Shown here piece by piece: positions 1-13,592 of a stretch of DNA of 64,000 bases; within the stretch, counting starts at the first letter, position 1, and every line of letters starts with the position of its first letter. The stretch is from Eledone cirrhosa (taxonomy: Eukaryota), in contig OZ024742.1 of assembly GCA_964016885.1 (NCBI GenBank), positions 75,454,001-75,518,000 of the forward strand, read 5' to 3'. The position numbers and the translations under genes were made by a program. A model generated the notes under the pieces. The model searched no databases and was not told the origin of the DNA. It saw only the letters and a program-made list of their open reading frames with translations.

Positions 1-3000
1 GATATGCTACCCTGGTGAGTGTGTATGCTCCAACTGTGAGTTCTGTCGATGAGGAAAAGGTGTCCTTTTACCATGCCTTGAAAGGTGTTTTAAGAAATAT
101 CCCTCAGGCAGACAAAGTCATCGTGCTTGGTGACTTTAATGCTAGAGTGGGTAGGGATTTTAACACATGGAATGTAATCGGAAGGCATGGGGTGGGAAAG
201 TGTAACAGCAATGGTATGCTCCTGCTGCAGATGTGTGAGGAGCTGGATCTGTGTGTTACCAACACCATGTTCCAACAAAAGAACAAATTCAAGACCACAT
301 GGATGCATCCTGCATCTAAGGAATGGCATATTTTGGACTACGTCCTAGTCAGGATGCGTGACAGACAGGATGTGCAGTGTGTTCGTGTTCTTCGTGGAGC
401 TGAGTGCTGGACGGACCACCGACTGGTACGCGCAAAAGTGAAACTAATCACTAAACGTAAAATCCGGGCTCCTGGTGTTGCCCTGCCCAAAAGATTGAAT
501 GCTGCTCGTCTTAAGGATAAAAATGTGAAGAGGACATTGGAAGAAGAGATGCAGGCTGCAGATCTTGGTGAGGATTGGCCGACCCTTAAAAAGTCGGTTT
601 ATGATGTAGGCAGGCGTGCTCTCGGATTGGCGCAGAGGAGACATCAGGACTCGTTTGATGAGAATGATGTACATATAGAAGACTTGTTGGCTGATAAGAG
701 GCGTGCTCTGTCACGCTACTTGACGGCAAAACCACAGGAGAGGAATACGTTGCATGAGGAACTCAGGGATGCAAAATCACGTGTTAGGCGGAGTCTTTCT
801 CAGATGAAGGACCAGTGGTGGAGTGAGAAGGCTGGTGAGATACAAACTGCGTCTGATTCCAATAACACAAAGCTGTTGTACAGTCTCTTGCGTGAGGTTT
901 ATGGACCGTCTTCTTTTCTGGTGACACCGATTCGCAGCAAGGATGGCAAAGAACTTCTTCGTGACTCACAGGGAATTCTACGAAGGTGGCGAGAGCACTT
1001 TGATGATCTTTTGAATCTGCCGTCTGTCGTCAGTGAAGATTTCCTCAATCTCATTCCAGAAAGTCCTGTGAAAGTAGCTCTCGCAGAACCTCCGACGCTT
1101 GTGGAGGTTGCAGTGGCTATTTCGAAGCTGAACAGTGGAAGATCTCCAGGTATGAATGGCATACATGCTGAGCTCCTACAATATGGTGGTGAGAGACTCC
1201 TGCAACATCTTCAATCTTTGTTTGGCAGGATATGGGCTAATGAATCCGTACCTGAGGACTGGAGAGATGCAGTAATGGTGGTCTTGTACAAGGGAAAGGG
1301 TAACAGGAACGATTGTGGGAACTACAGAGGTATATCATTGCTTTCTGTCGTAGGGAAAGATTTATGTAGGGTGCTTCTGGACCGTCTGCTGACACACACT
1401 GCAGATTGTGTTCTTCCTGAAAGTCAATCTGGTTTTCGTGCTGGACGCGGCACTACTGATATGATCTTCTCAGCTAGACAGCTCCAGGAGAAGTGCATGG
1501 AACAAGGTTTGGATCTGTATCAGGTTTTTGTCGATCTGACAAAAGCTTTCGATACTGTTAACAGAGATGCATTATGGAAGGTTCTCCAGAAACTTGGTTG
1601 CCGTGATAAGTTCCTTGCTTTAGTTAGGTCTTTCCATGACGACATGAAGGCGTGGGTAAATGTTGGGGATAACATGTCGGAGCCTATCTCAGTAAAAAAT
1701 GGAGTGAAACAGGGGGATATTCCAGCACCGACCCTGTTTGCCATATACTTTGCAATGGTTTTCTGTATTGCATTCAGGAATTGCGAGCATGGTGTTTACA
1801 TCCGATGTCGAACCTCAGGCAGCATATTTAACATTAAGCGCTTTGCTGCGAAGACAAAAGTATTTACATCAATCATAAGAGACCTCTTGTATGCAGATGA
1901 TTGCGATCTTGTAGCGCACACAGAGAGTGATATGCAGCACATTTTGAATGCATTTTCTGACGCTTGTACTTCCCTAGGTCTGACTGTCAGTCTCAAGAAA
2001 ACCGTCGTCATGTACCAACCTGCCCCTGGTAAGCAGTACACTGAACCAAACATCTATGTGTATGGCAAACGACTTGGAGTGGTTGATCAGTTTGTCTACC
2101 TGGGAAGCACTGTCAATCGATACAGCAACCTTGACAGTGAAATCTCACTTAGGATTAGGAAAGCAAGTGATGCTTTCGGAAAGCTAGAAAGGCTACTCTG
2201 TGGTCGGCGAGACATATGCAGGAGGACAAAGGTAAAGGTGTACAGGGCATGTGTGCTCTCTTGTCTTCTTTATGCCCGCGATACCTGGATCACATATCGA
2301 CACCACCTTAAGCAATTGGAGCGTTTCCATCAGATGTGTCTCAGACGGATCCATGGCGTTCACTGGAGGGACCACATCAGTGATGTCGAAATTTTGGAAA
2401 GCTCTATGTGTGACAGTATAGAAGCTCTTGTGCTTAAGCAACGACTCCGTTGGCGTGGTCACCTTGCCAGGATGAAGGATTCTAGAATACCCAAACAACT
2501 CTTTTATGGAGAGTTGGTTAAAGGAAAACGACCGCCACATAACCAAAAAAGAGGTATAAGGATTCCTTGAAAGTCTCTCTGAAAGACGCTAGCATCTCTG
2601 CTGATACATGGGAGAATATTGCTGCTGATCGTAATAAATGGAGAAAGACTGTATATGAGGGAAAAGTTGCCTTTGAGGCATCTCGAATCGCATACGAGAA
2701 AGTAAAGCGGGATGTGAGGAAGGGCATTTCTGTTGCACTTCCAGACGGCGAGGGTCCTCCTATGGTGCTGACATGCAGCGTATGTGCGAGACTCTGCCTA
2801 AGCAAAGATGGACTCGAAAGTCATCTTCGCAGTCATAAAGTAAGACCAGTGGTTGACTACCAGGCAGCTGTTGCAGATGCTACTCATCATGCTTGCTAAA
2901 CATGTGGTAGAGAATGTAAATCAGCAGGAGGGCTCAAGCGACATGCAAAAGTACACGAACTCCAACCAGAGCCAACTATTCCCAGTGAATGTTTTGGTTG

Positions 3001-3078
3001 CCGACTCTGTGCAAGACATTTTAGATCATTGGCTGGGCTAAAAAGCCACATTCGATCGCAGCGCTGTTAGTTGGTATC

Positions 3079-3110
<32 letters not shown>

Positions 3111-3185
3111 GCTTATGTGTGTGCGTGTGTGTGTATATATATATGTATATGTATATTATTATTGTTGTTGTCGTTATTATTATTG

Positions 3186-3217
<32 letters not shown>

Positions 3218-3271
3218 GTTATTAATGTATGTGTGTGTGTATATGAGTGTGTGTGTGTGTATATGTGTATG

Positions 3272-3342
<71 letters not shown>

Positions 3343-3435
3343 TTTTTTATTTTTTTATTTATTTATTATTATTATTACTTTTTTTTTATTTCTCCTCGTG
3401 CAATGGCCATACTCGATAACGAGGGGCAGCCATCA
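1..3435 (+). mobile_element. RTE-clade non-LTR retrotransposon (5' end outside window), ending in an RTE-type 3' tail followed by (GTAT)n
   Basis: APE motifs (GDFNARVG, TW.HP..K.WH.LDY, TDH) and RT motifs (YRGISLL, QSGFR, FVDLTKAFD, GVKQG, YADD, YLGS). Tail TGGCCATACTCGATAACGAGGGGCAGCCATCAT at ~3404-3436 is followed by (GTAT)n. Confidence 0.93.
15..3070 (+). pseudogene. RTE polyprotein APE-RT-3x C2H2 zinc finger, with one frameshift (~2545-2567, A-run) and one in-frame TAA (2897-2899)
   Basis: The 851-aa ORF continues as 2567..2899 (CSVCARLCLSKDGLESHLRSH). Reading through the TAA gives C*TCGRECKSAGGLKRHAKVH and CRLCARHFRSLAGLKSHIRSQRC, ending at TAG 3068-3070. Confidence 0.88.
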
Positions 3436-3489
3436 TGTATGTATGTATGTATGTATGTATGTATGTATGTATGTATGTATGTATGTATG

Positions 3490-3518
<29 letters not shown>
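3079..3518. repeat. Compound microsatellite (GT)n/(ATT)n/(AT)n/(GTAT)n
   Basis: Direct reading. Confidence 0.97.
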
Positions 3519-3520
<2 letters not shown>

Positions 3521-4629
3521 GCATGTATCCATATTTACATGTAAATATCTATGTTTATATGTATATATAACGGTAAATTCAGTAGAAATCTAAAAGTCTT
3601 CGTTTGAAACATTCTCTGCCCCCCTTATATATTAGATTTCATTGCAATAATCAATATCCTGCATTGAATAGTCACAGAAAAATGTTCCGATTGATTAATT
3701 AGTCTTTTGTAATAATAATTTTCATAATGGCCAGTCTCTTTAATTAGGTTTTTCGATAATTACTTTTCCTAATTATCAATAAATTACGCACAGGAATCCA
3801 GTAAATTTCTATGAAAAAATTCCAAACTGAAAAAGCATATGCTAAGAAAAGAAGTGAGTCAATATGGCTGATATTAAAAATACTAAAGAAAATACATCTC
3901 TGTATTTCGTTTCGTTTCCTAACATTTTTTGTCTAATTCCACTGAGTTATTGTTTGACGCTAATCTACAATTAAAAAAGAAAACTGAGAGACTATAGAAT
4001 GTAGTAATCTTCTCATACATATTTACCATCTCGTTTCAATATTCCAATATAAGAAGTCAATATTCATATGCATTTATGGTTAATTTCATCATGAAATTTA
4101 AGAGCTCATCAAGCTGATAACTAAAGATCAGTTTCCGTGACATGAACAATTTTGAAAATATCATCGAGTAAATTTACATTTCTCTAAAAGAATGTATCAC
4201 ACCACATTTTAGATTTTGCAGCAATAGAAGTTTATAAGTTTCAGACATTTTGTTAATTATTTACGTTAATTAATCGTTGGAGATTATACGTAGTCAAAGC
4301 ATATTCATAGGAAGATACTAATCTCACAAATTGAAAGCGAACCTAATTGGGATGTTTCCACGTCACATAGCGTCGAAGCATTGCTGATGGCCAGTGTATT
4401 AGGAGCTGTTTTCGACTATTTTCTTAAGGGCCATGGTTCAGTCAGTGGTGATATGTGAGAACAAGATTCTGTTAGACCTGGGTCTAGAATGTGACGCAAG
4501 GTAATGTAGGAAAGGATTGTTAACAGAACCTGAAAGTGAGAGCAATAGGTCAGTAGATTGTTGAGGCAGAGGCCTGTGGGATTGGTATTGGGAAAGAAAG
4601 AAAAATGAATGCATGAGATATATTATTTC

Positions 4630-4864
<235 letters not shown>

Positions 4865-5219
4865 ATGAACGTTTACACATGGATATTAGCTAGCTTCGTA
4901 TACTGCAGGGGTTTGAGGAGAATGAAAGAGACCAGTATGATTCTTGGGCTGGAAGTAATGGATATGATTTTGTATACTGAGACATCCCTACAAATCTGTA
5001 TACAAATATACAGATACAGATTAGAGGAACTCTATTTCTATCTGGGTAAATTAGAGAATGGGAGGCAAATCGGGCAGTAGTACTGAGGTCTTTGCAACGA
5101 GAATGCTACTACATCGACAGATTTAGGTTAGGCATAATAGTTATAAGTAGTCTGAAATCCTTTTGACAAGGAGCAATAAAGTTCTGCTGCAATTTGAGTA
5201 AAATATAGCTTTCCGTCTC

Positions 5220-5345
5220 TGGAATTACCAACAGACTAACGCTATTTACTGCCTTTTACATTCTGAGGTCAAATTTCAAAGATGTCGATTGGCTTTTTAT
5301 TCTTCCGGCGTCGATGAAAGAAATGAGTAGTCAAGTAATGAGTAA
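5220..5345 (+). mobile_element. Degenerate copy of the octopod-type SINE
   Basis: ttctgaggtcaaattt...gtcgattggctttttattcttccggcgtcgatgaaa resembles the SINE core seen at 37.9 kb. Confidence 0.5.
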
Positions 5346-6077
5346 GGTATCATATTTATGTTTTATCTGTTGTTGTTTGTGGGCGACTTCATCCAGGACT
5401 CGTAGGCAGTCATTTGACTGTAATAGTACAGCAGAATTGCAGCTAAACTATGTTAACGTTTCAGAATTGTTGGCTATGGTTGTATGAGTTATACGTAGAG
5501 ATATGAATAGAAATATGGTTATAGTTATCTAACTAGCTATCACATCTGTCAGATTTGAAACACTTTTGCTGCATTGCGTAATTGGAGAAGAATCGACATA
5601 GTTCGGACCAGTTAAGTGAGTTGAAGGACCAAATGTTGCGATGGTGGCAGTATTGACCAGCGTCGGTTAGAGATGAGAAGTTGTTTCTATGGCTGTCAAA
5701 ATGTCATATAAATGATGAAATATTGGAGTGCTTATAAACTATGTTATTCAAAACGTTATCTTTTGTTTTTTCTTATGGCTAGTATTAAATTTTATTACAA
5801 GATTATATGTACAAAAATATTCTAAGGAGACAATACTTACATATGTAGAGCAATGATATAGATATATATATTTTCACAACTCACACGAGCCATCAACGTG
5901 TTTTGACAAAGGTAAACATTTTTTTACTTTTTCTCCGTAAATAAACAGAAAAATCGATCTACCTTAGCGGTATTCAATCTTGTTTGATTCCCAACTGAGA
6001 TGTAATACTATTCATTCTGCCCACTGGGAGAAATATAGCTGACAAATATATGCGTGTATATATATATATATATATAT

Positions 6078-6682
6078 ATGGTGGCTGCCAACTCGTTTTC
6101 GAGTACGACCACTACTTTATAACCATGTAGGAGAACCCCTACCGATGCGCTGAACGAGTGTGACTTTTTAGTCCAGCCAGCGACTTGAAAACTCTGGTAC
6201 AAACACTACACTTGTGACAATTATTGACACATAGTGCTGGCCCATGGTACCATGTGATGACAAGTGCAGAGAGATCTCCAGATATAAAGCAATGTCTGTG
6301 CCGTGAAGCTTTTATAGTGACAAAGGCACTGCACAAAGTCAGTCCCACTCTCTTAACCAAGATGATATTTACCAAAAAGAAGAACAAGTCAACGTCATTG
6401 GATACCATCAAAGTTGCAGTTGTTATATCAGTTTTCCTTCTAGGATTCTGCCTTGACAAAGGCTAATGGGTCATCTCTCCCGGTGAATTTGGATGGCCAT
6501 TGACTCATAAGAGCTCCCTGCCCTTTGACAGGTTTTGTTTTTAGTCCTGCAGGATGTCCAAAGTCACCCTCCTCACCAAGATACTTTGGTGGGGTTGCAA
6601 GTTTAGTCGCCAACGACCCGACCATGAGACAGGTTGTACTGGGATACATGTTTCCAGTATCACCAGCTGGTAACCTGACATA
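6078..6682 (-). mobile_element. ~600-bp non-autonomous RTE-derived (bipartite) element, copy 1
   Basis: Collinear with 13593-14180. Ends in a C2H2 remnant (CSVCTRVFKSLAGLKSHTRSAHR) and the tail GTACTCGAAAACGAGTTGGCAGCCACCAT. Flanked by (AT)n. Confidence 0.8.
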
Positions 6683-6718
<36 letters not shown>

Positions 6719-7444
6719 CTAGAGGGGGAGTGAGAGAGAGAGAGAAAAAGAGAAAAAGAGAGAGAAATTACTTATCGGATTGGTTTGATTATTATAAATA
6801 TCGCTTTGTTGCCGATATATTTAATTAAATTGATTAATCATGCATGGAACAACGTTCATTTTCAGCTATATCAATAATGTGATGCATGATAAATCGTTTT
6901 TCATAACACATCGGAGCCATCTCCGCGTTTTGACAAATGTATCAAAAATGTATTTCTATTTCTATTTATGGACAGGAAAGAAAATTAATCTTGTCGAACG
7001 GTTTCAAATCTCATTAGCTCCTCATCAACTATAGCAAGATAAAAAGATTATATCTGTAAATAGAGCTAATCCATATATAGTTACCAAATGTTGTTAAGTG
7101 GCGCACGGGTAATATAATTTGTATATTGTATCAGTGGTAAGAATCAAGTAAGATATGAGGCAGGTGTGCTTACAGTTATCCCGAAGAAACCTCGTCTCTG
7201 GAGGCCTGTAAAATATATAACAGAAAATAAGGGTCTTTAGGTCATCATATATTCATATGAATAAATAACCAAAAATGCACTATTTAATCAATCCAAACGA
7301 ATAGCTTGCTCATTCCATGCACATCTGTAGGCTTACATGCTGAGAATCCCTCTATTCGTACACCTTTTACATTTCTGACCGTCACTTTGAATTCTCCATT
7401 CATAACATTTTCAAACTACCATCAAACTATAATCAAACAACTAT

Positions 7445-7990
7445 GGAATGGTTGCTGTGCAGTATCGCATCGCTCTAGTTCGGGCGGCTTTCAACAAGAA
7501 CAAAGAAGTACTAACAGCAAAACCTGTTTCCTATCATTTGAAGGCTAAGATCTTTGATACTTACATCCTACTAGTTGTGTTATATGGTCTTGACTGTGTT
7601 AATTGGACGACAAGGTCACTTCAGAAGCTCTCTACATTCCAGAACCATATCATGAGACTTGTGACTGGCAAGCGGATTAGGGACCGTATTTGTATCAGTG
7701 AGCTGCTCAATATTACCAAACTTAGACCAATTACAACAATTGTTAAGTCAAGAGTACTCCAAATAAACTGTCATATAAAAATATCAACTCGTGGTGTGAG
7801 TAGGTTATGCCTGGAAGGAAGGTTGGCTGGTATGAGAAGCAAAGGCCGGCAGCCAAACGATGGCTTGATAATGTCAACTTATAGACTGGACTTGATTTTT
7901 GCTCTTTGAACTCTGCTGCTGGTGATCGAACTTTGTGGAGAAAAATATCTTATGTTGATGCGCAGTCTGCAACTGACGGAGTTTAGGGTC
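7445..7990 (+). mobile_element. 3' fragment of an RTE/RTEX-type LINE (post-RT region)
   Basis: RIALVRAAF...K.KIFDTYIL.VVLYG..W...LEGRLAGMRSKGRQ matches the RTE C-terminus. Confidence 0.75.
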
Positions 7991-8109
7991 ACAGGAACCA
8001 TTTTTATTCCCTAGAACTGTCACTTTACCTCCTTTATTCCCTAATTCCCCAACGTCTCACCCCTCTGACCTCTCTAGCCAAACAAATACATACATCTCTA
8101 CATTATAAT

Positions 8110-8856
8110 TCAATATAGGTTGTATTGGAGCGGCCATGTTGTAAGAATGACAAACCACCGTATTCCTAAGCATTTTCTGTACGGGGATTTCTCAAATCAA
8201 AACGGCCAAATCATAAACCAAATCTCAGGTATAAGGGCTGCATCAAATGAGCTTTGATAAAGTAAAAACTTAGAGAAGAAGACATTGATATAAATCAACC
8301 ACCTTGGTGGAAAACAGTGTTTAAGTAAATATAGGAGTTTGAAAAAATCTCATGAGGCGCATGAAAAATTAAACAGGGTCCTGAGTAAGAATTTATATGT
8401 ATGCTTCTATGTAGCCATTTTGTAAATTATTATAAATCTAGCATGGTAAATAGATTTGTATTAGACAATTGTCCTCCAATAGTAATGGCATAAGCTCAAA
8501 TGATGAGAAGAGAGGCAATACCTTTTGGCATGAGCGGATTTGTTTGAGTAGAGATGGTCTTAGAAGTTGTCATAAAAGCCACTCACAAAATGTCAATTAT
8601 GGTCCCTTTGGCATTTCTTTCTATTAAAAGTGTGGAAAACAATATGTCTTGGTCGATGGACACTAACGTCATTTGAAAGCCGAACAAAACAAATTAGAGA
8701 ACTATAGTGGAAGTGATGTTCATCACTGCAGCATACTTCGAAAGAAATGTAAATCCATGGCAGAGCTAAAGAATCATGATTGCGACTCCCATGTGTGAGA
8801 GGGGGATCAAGTGATGGAAGTTCTTGAAATAGATATGCAGCCATTATGTATGTATG
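8110..8856 (+). mobile_element. Highly decayed RTE 3' end with tail
   Basis: Frameshifted WSGHVVRM...RIPK.FLYG and KP.LRYK motifs. Ends GCAGCCATTATGTATGTATG, like the tail at 3435. Confidence 0.6.
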
Positions 8857-9200
8857 TTTCTCTTTCTTTTAATTTCTGCCAACTTCCTGGTGGCAAGGTT
8901 GTAAAAGAAAATAAACTGTCATCCCTTGAGTCACAAGAATGTTTTTGAAGGTGCCGGGTAACGCAACCATTGATAGTCTATAAATTAGGGAGTTGTGTTC
9001 CTTGTCCAAAAATCCAAGTTCAGTTTTACTATGGTCCAAGCGGGCTGGTATATAACCTGTAGCTCCAATAATGATGGGTATGAAGCTGAAGGTGTATCTT
9101 GAATCTTGGATCGACAAACTCCTCATTAATGGTCCGTGTATATTTCTTACAACGTTCACATCAAATGGGCAGCTGATCTCTACAACACAGCACGTTTTCA
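8857..9200 (-). mobile_element. 5'-truncated R4-type element (RLE C-terminus plus 3' UTR), copy 2
   Basis: Homologous to 9265-9650 (VEISCP.DVNV, PIIIGATG). Flanked by (ATGT)n on both sides. Confidence 0.85.
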
Positions 9201-9264
9201 ATGTATGTATGTATGTATGTATGTATGTATGTATGTATGTATGTATGTATGTATGTATGTATGT

Positions 9265-12200
9265 ATCTCTTTCTCTTAATTTCGAGTATATTTTTTGACC
9301 GGCGACCTTCCTGGTGGCAAGGTTGTAAAAGAAAAGAAATTGTCATCCCTTGAATCGCAAGAATGTTTTGCAAATTTTGAAGGTGCCAGCTATCGCAGCC
9401 ATTTGTAAACTATGAATTAGGGAGCTGCGCTTTTGTCCGCAAATCCAAGTTCAGTCATACTTTGGTCCAAGCGGGTTGGTATATAACCCGTAGCTCCAAT
9501 AATGATGGGTATGAAGCTAAAGGTGTATCTTGGATATTGGATTTGTAAACTCCTCATCAATGGTCCGTAGATGTCCTCCTTCTCCTGTATTTTTCTGACA
9601 ACGTTTACATCAAGTGGGCAGCTGATCTCCACAAGAGAACACGTTTTCAATGTGTGGTCCCAAACAACAATATCAGGCCGGTTGTGCTTTAATTTGGTGG
9701 CAGTTTTTATTTTTAGGTTTCACCAGTATTCCTTAGTGCCATCTGTCTCAATATATTCCTCCTCGTTTGTTGTTAATTTTGTTTTCCGAAGTGCGTTCCA
9801 GATGGTTCTAGCTATCCCATCGTGTCTCATGGGGAGGTAGTAGCGAGATGACATTCTTTCGCAGCTGGCAACAATGTGGCTTACATCCTCGATCTTTGTT
9901 TTACATAGCCTACATTTATTGTCAGCTGCTGGCCCTCCTCTTTTGTGCAGCAGATATTTGGTAGGGAGTTCTTGTTCCTGTATTGCATAGAGATATCTCT
10001 CAAGGTGTGATGTCATAAACTTGTCGGAACTCTATGCCAGGCTTTTTGAGTGGTTTATCCCCTCTATGGTCTGTGTTTTACGCCTCAAGTATCCATGCAC
10101 AACTTTTTCTGTAAATTGGTCAATTTTTTTATCTTGTTTTAACATTGAATAGGAACTTCCGATTTCTCTGGGTGAGAGATTTATATGAGGCTTTATTCCA
10201 TATCTCTCCTCCAGATCAGTCGCTATTCTAATGATATTTTTTTTTCATGCTCATAAACCTGGGCAAGATGGTTTCAACCTTTTTCTTCTGTTGAAGGTGT
10301 TGCTTCAGTGTTACTATCCAGGTCTCATATGTTGTTAATATTGATTTTAGACCTCGGCTACCTTCCTTGCGTGAGAAGTATAGCCTATCCACATCACCAT
10401 TGATGTTAAAGTTCCCAGTAACACTGAGAAGTTTTCGAGTTCTAACATCCATCTCACTTAGTTCTTGCGATGATCAGTTCAGCAAGCCAAATGTTGGCGT
10501 TAGAATTGGCACAGCATAAGTATTGTGGGCAATGTATTTGTTGTATGCTGACAGTTCTGATGACCATATTTTCTTTACTCTTCTGAGGTATTCAGTTCTG
10601 GTTCTCTCCTTATTTATGGGTCCATCATATCTGACATTCTCATCCTGTCCAAGATATCTGTAGTTGTCACCTGACTGCAGAGGTTGTATTGTCAGGCCGT
10701 TCATCTCTAGATTTCCAGAGGAGGGCACAGCTCTTCCACGTTTTACTGCCAAATATGCAAACTTGGACTCACCAAATTTCATTCTGATGTCGGTTGAAAA
10801 TTGTGTAATGAGGTCCAATTGTTTCTTGATGTCATTGATATTTGGCCCATACAACTTCTGGTCATTAACAAAGAAAAGATGGGAGATACTTCTGGGCCCA
10901 CTTCTTTGTCCACCTTGTTTCCTCAGTAGGTAAGATAGTGGATTCAGTGAGAGAACGAAGAGTAGCACTGACAAGCTATCACCCTGAAAGATGCCCTTCT
11001 GGTAATGTATCTTATCAGTCTTAACTTGCTTCTTCTCACCTCTAAGGATCAAATTGGTGTACCAGTTCTTGGTCAGGCGTTTAACAGCAGCTACCAATGG
11101 TTGTGGGACTTTAGCTAACAGTAAAGCCTTAATAATCCACCCATGAGATACACTATCAACTGCTTTTTGATAGTCCAGCCACACCACAGTCATGTTTCTG
11201 CGATTCTTTGTTGTTTTTTCCTGAATCATTTTGTTAGTTAGTAGGTGATCTATGCAACCCCACACGTCCCTCTTTCCAACAGCTTGCTCAGGTGTTATGA
11301 TGTTGTTGGTAGCACAGTGATCCTGTAAGAACAGGTTAAGGCACCCAGTATATAATTTATACATAATGTTTTGGCAGGCTATTGGGCGGTAATGTTTAGC
11401 AAGGGTGGTTTGGCTATTTTGGGGAATGAGGAGAGTAGTGGCAGTTGATAACCATCTGGGCAGTTCTTGTGTGCCTTTAATGGTTTCTGTAAACAGCCGA
11501 ATGAGATCTTGCCGATAGAAAGTGAAATTCTTCAACCAGTATCCTGTAATGAGGTCTGGGCCTGGCGATTTCCTATTCGACATTTTCTGTAGAGCTGTTT
11601 CCAGTATTGACCTATCTATGTTATATTGTTTTATCTGGACATGTTGGCAGTAGTCCTGTTCCAATTCTATTAGCCAATTAGCTTGTCTGTTGAATCCGTC
11701 ATCCGTTTCCCATACATATCTCCAGCAGCTCTCAATCTGTTCTTTTGAAGGAGTGTGGTTTACAGGGATTGAGCTTTTGCCACCGAAGCTGCGATAAACT
11801 GATTTAGGATCTCTGGCAAACAATCTATTTAGCACTTGTCGTTTATGTGCTGTTGACTTATATTTTAGTCTTTCTGTTGTAGCTGTGAGTTGTTGTTTCA
11901 ACTGGTGTAATTTGGAGTTCAAAGTTTTAAATTTTGTATCTCCAAATCGTCTCTCTAACTTTTTCTTTAGGTCTTCCTGGTGTCGTGTGAAGTTGCTCTC
12001 TATGTTGCATTTCATAACGACTGCGATGTGTGAGATACTTCGTCTCAGGGACAAAATTTTGGTTTTTAAATTTCGCATCCACGCTGGTTCAGGCTTTCTG
12101 TTTGTATCTTGATTGCCTGGTTTTAGATGTGTGTTATATGATAGCAATGTGACAGCTGAAACATATAGCAAAACATTAAGCGTTTCAAATGTCGTTTCTA

Positions 12201-13484
12201 CACCTTTAGATCGTATAGCCTTCAGATAATTGCCAGCTATTTCGTTCACCGCTTCCCGTTCCAATTTAGTGGGTTCTTTACTGATTCTGGTCTTGTATGG
12301 TCTGTCACTCACATTAAGGCTGTGTATCTCTTGAAACATATCGTTCCATATCACTTGTAGGGTGTCCACAAGTTTTTGGTGCTCTGTTTGTTCAGTAGAG
12401 TCATGAATTTCAGCCTCGTTTTTGATGTGGTGACAATTACTACTAGAGTTAGCTGACCTTTCTCACTGTTCTTCAGTGGAAGTGGGATGGATTTCAGCAA
12501 AGTTGTTGATGAGCTGTTCACTGTTAGATTTAGCTGGCCATTCTCTTTGTCTGTCAGTGGATGTGGGGTGGTTGTCTACAAGGGCTGTATTCGTAGTATC
12601 ACTCAATTCCGTTAGATGTATCAATTTACATCTAATGATACGTTTTGCCTGTTCATTTAAATGCTTTGGAGAAAAGTCTAATTCTGGGTGTTTGGAGTTC
12701 CATAAAGTTTTTAGCCTTTGCATAAAACCGAACTTTTGAGGTTCAGATTGTTTGTATGCTTCATATAATACTTTGTTAAGCTCGTAGCTCCACTGTATAC
12801 AACAGCTGTAGTTGCAATTTGGTCGAAGGAGACTTGTACTTTTTGCCATGATGAGTTCGTCTATTCACTAATATTTCGTATTTATTTTTCAAAATAGTCG
12901 ATGATCTTCGTTAAAAGTTTCGACAAAGTTCTCTCAGAATCAAATTTAAAGTTATTCACAGCTTGGGTAATATTTCTTTTCAGTTAGTTTTTAATTCTAC
13001 AACTGTGTTTTAAACGTTGTTCTTGAATCGTTTGAATCGAGAACAAAAAGAAACGTTACTTAGTATATTTCTTTATGCATGTAGTATAGTATAACAACGC
13101 TGTATTTATATGTTAAAGTTTATGTATCATTCATATAAATAGGTGTTCTACAACTTATTCACAACATATTCACAGTTCAAACACTTATGTTTTTTGTTTC
13201 TGAATCGAAAACGTTACTTGTATATTTCTTTATAAATGTAATATAACAACGTTGCATTTATATGTTAAAGTATATGTATCGTTCATATATCATAAGTGTA
13301 TGTATCGTTCATATAAATAGGTGTTTTACAACACACTTACAGTTCAAACACTTATGTAGAATTATTGTATGTAATCTTACTGCGTAATGTAGCTCAACTT
13401 TTTCCAATATATGGTATGTTGCCTTCATGTAAGCCGTAATTACACACGTCCGATTATCGGACACTGACCGCAACGGTCGCCATT
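9265..13484 (-). mobile_element. Near-full-length decayed R4-clade (Dong/Rex6-like) RLE non-LTR retrotransposon
   Basis: Minus-strand ORF pieces: 12463-12849; 10474-12369 (KSPGPD, YRPIAC, WLDYQKAVDSV, GIFQGDSLS, YRYLG); 9720-10016 (CRLC..H..C, RHD); 9417-9650 with an upstream PD and VEISCP..EK (RLE). Bounded by (ATGT)n at 9201-9264 and 13485-13592. Confidence 0.88.
13034..13357 (-). repeat. Two imperfect tandem ~160-bp copies in the R4 5' UTR
   Basis: gaatcg...aaacgttactt...atgttaaagt...cagttcaaacacttatgt occurs twice. Confidence 0.8.
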
Positions 13485-13592
13485 ATATGTATGTATGCAT
13501 GTATGTATGTATGTATGTATGTATGTATGTATGTATGTATGTATGTATGTATGTATGTATGTATGTATGTATGTATGTATGTATGTATGTAT

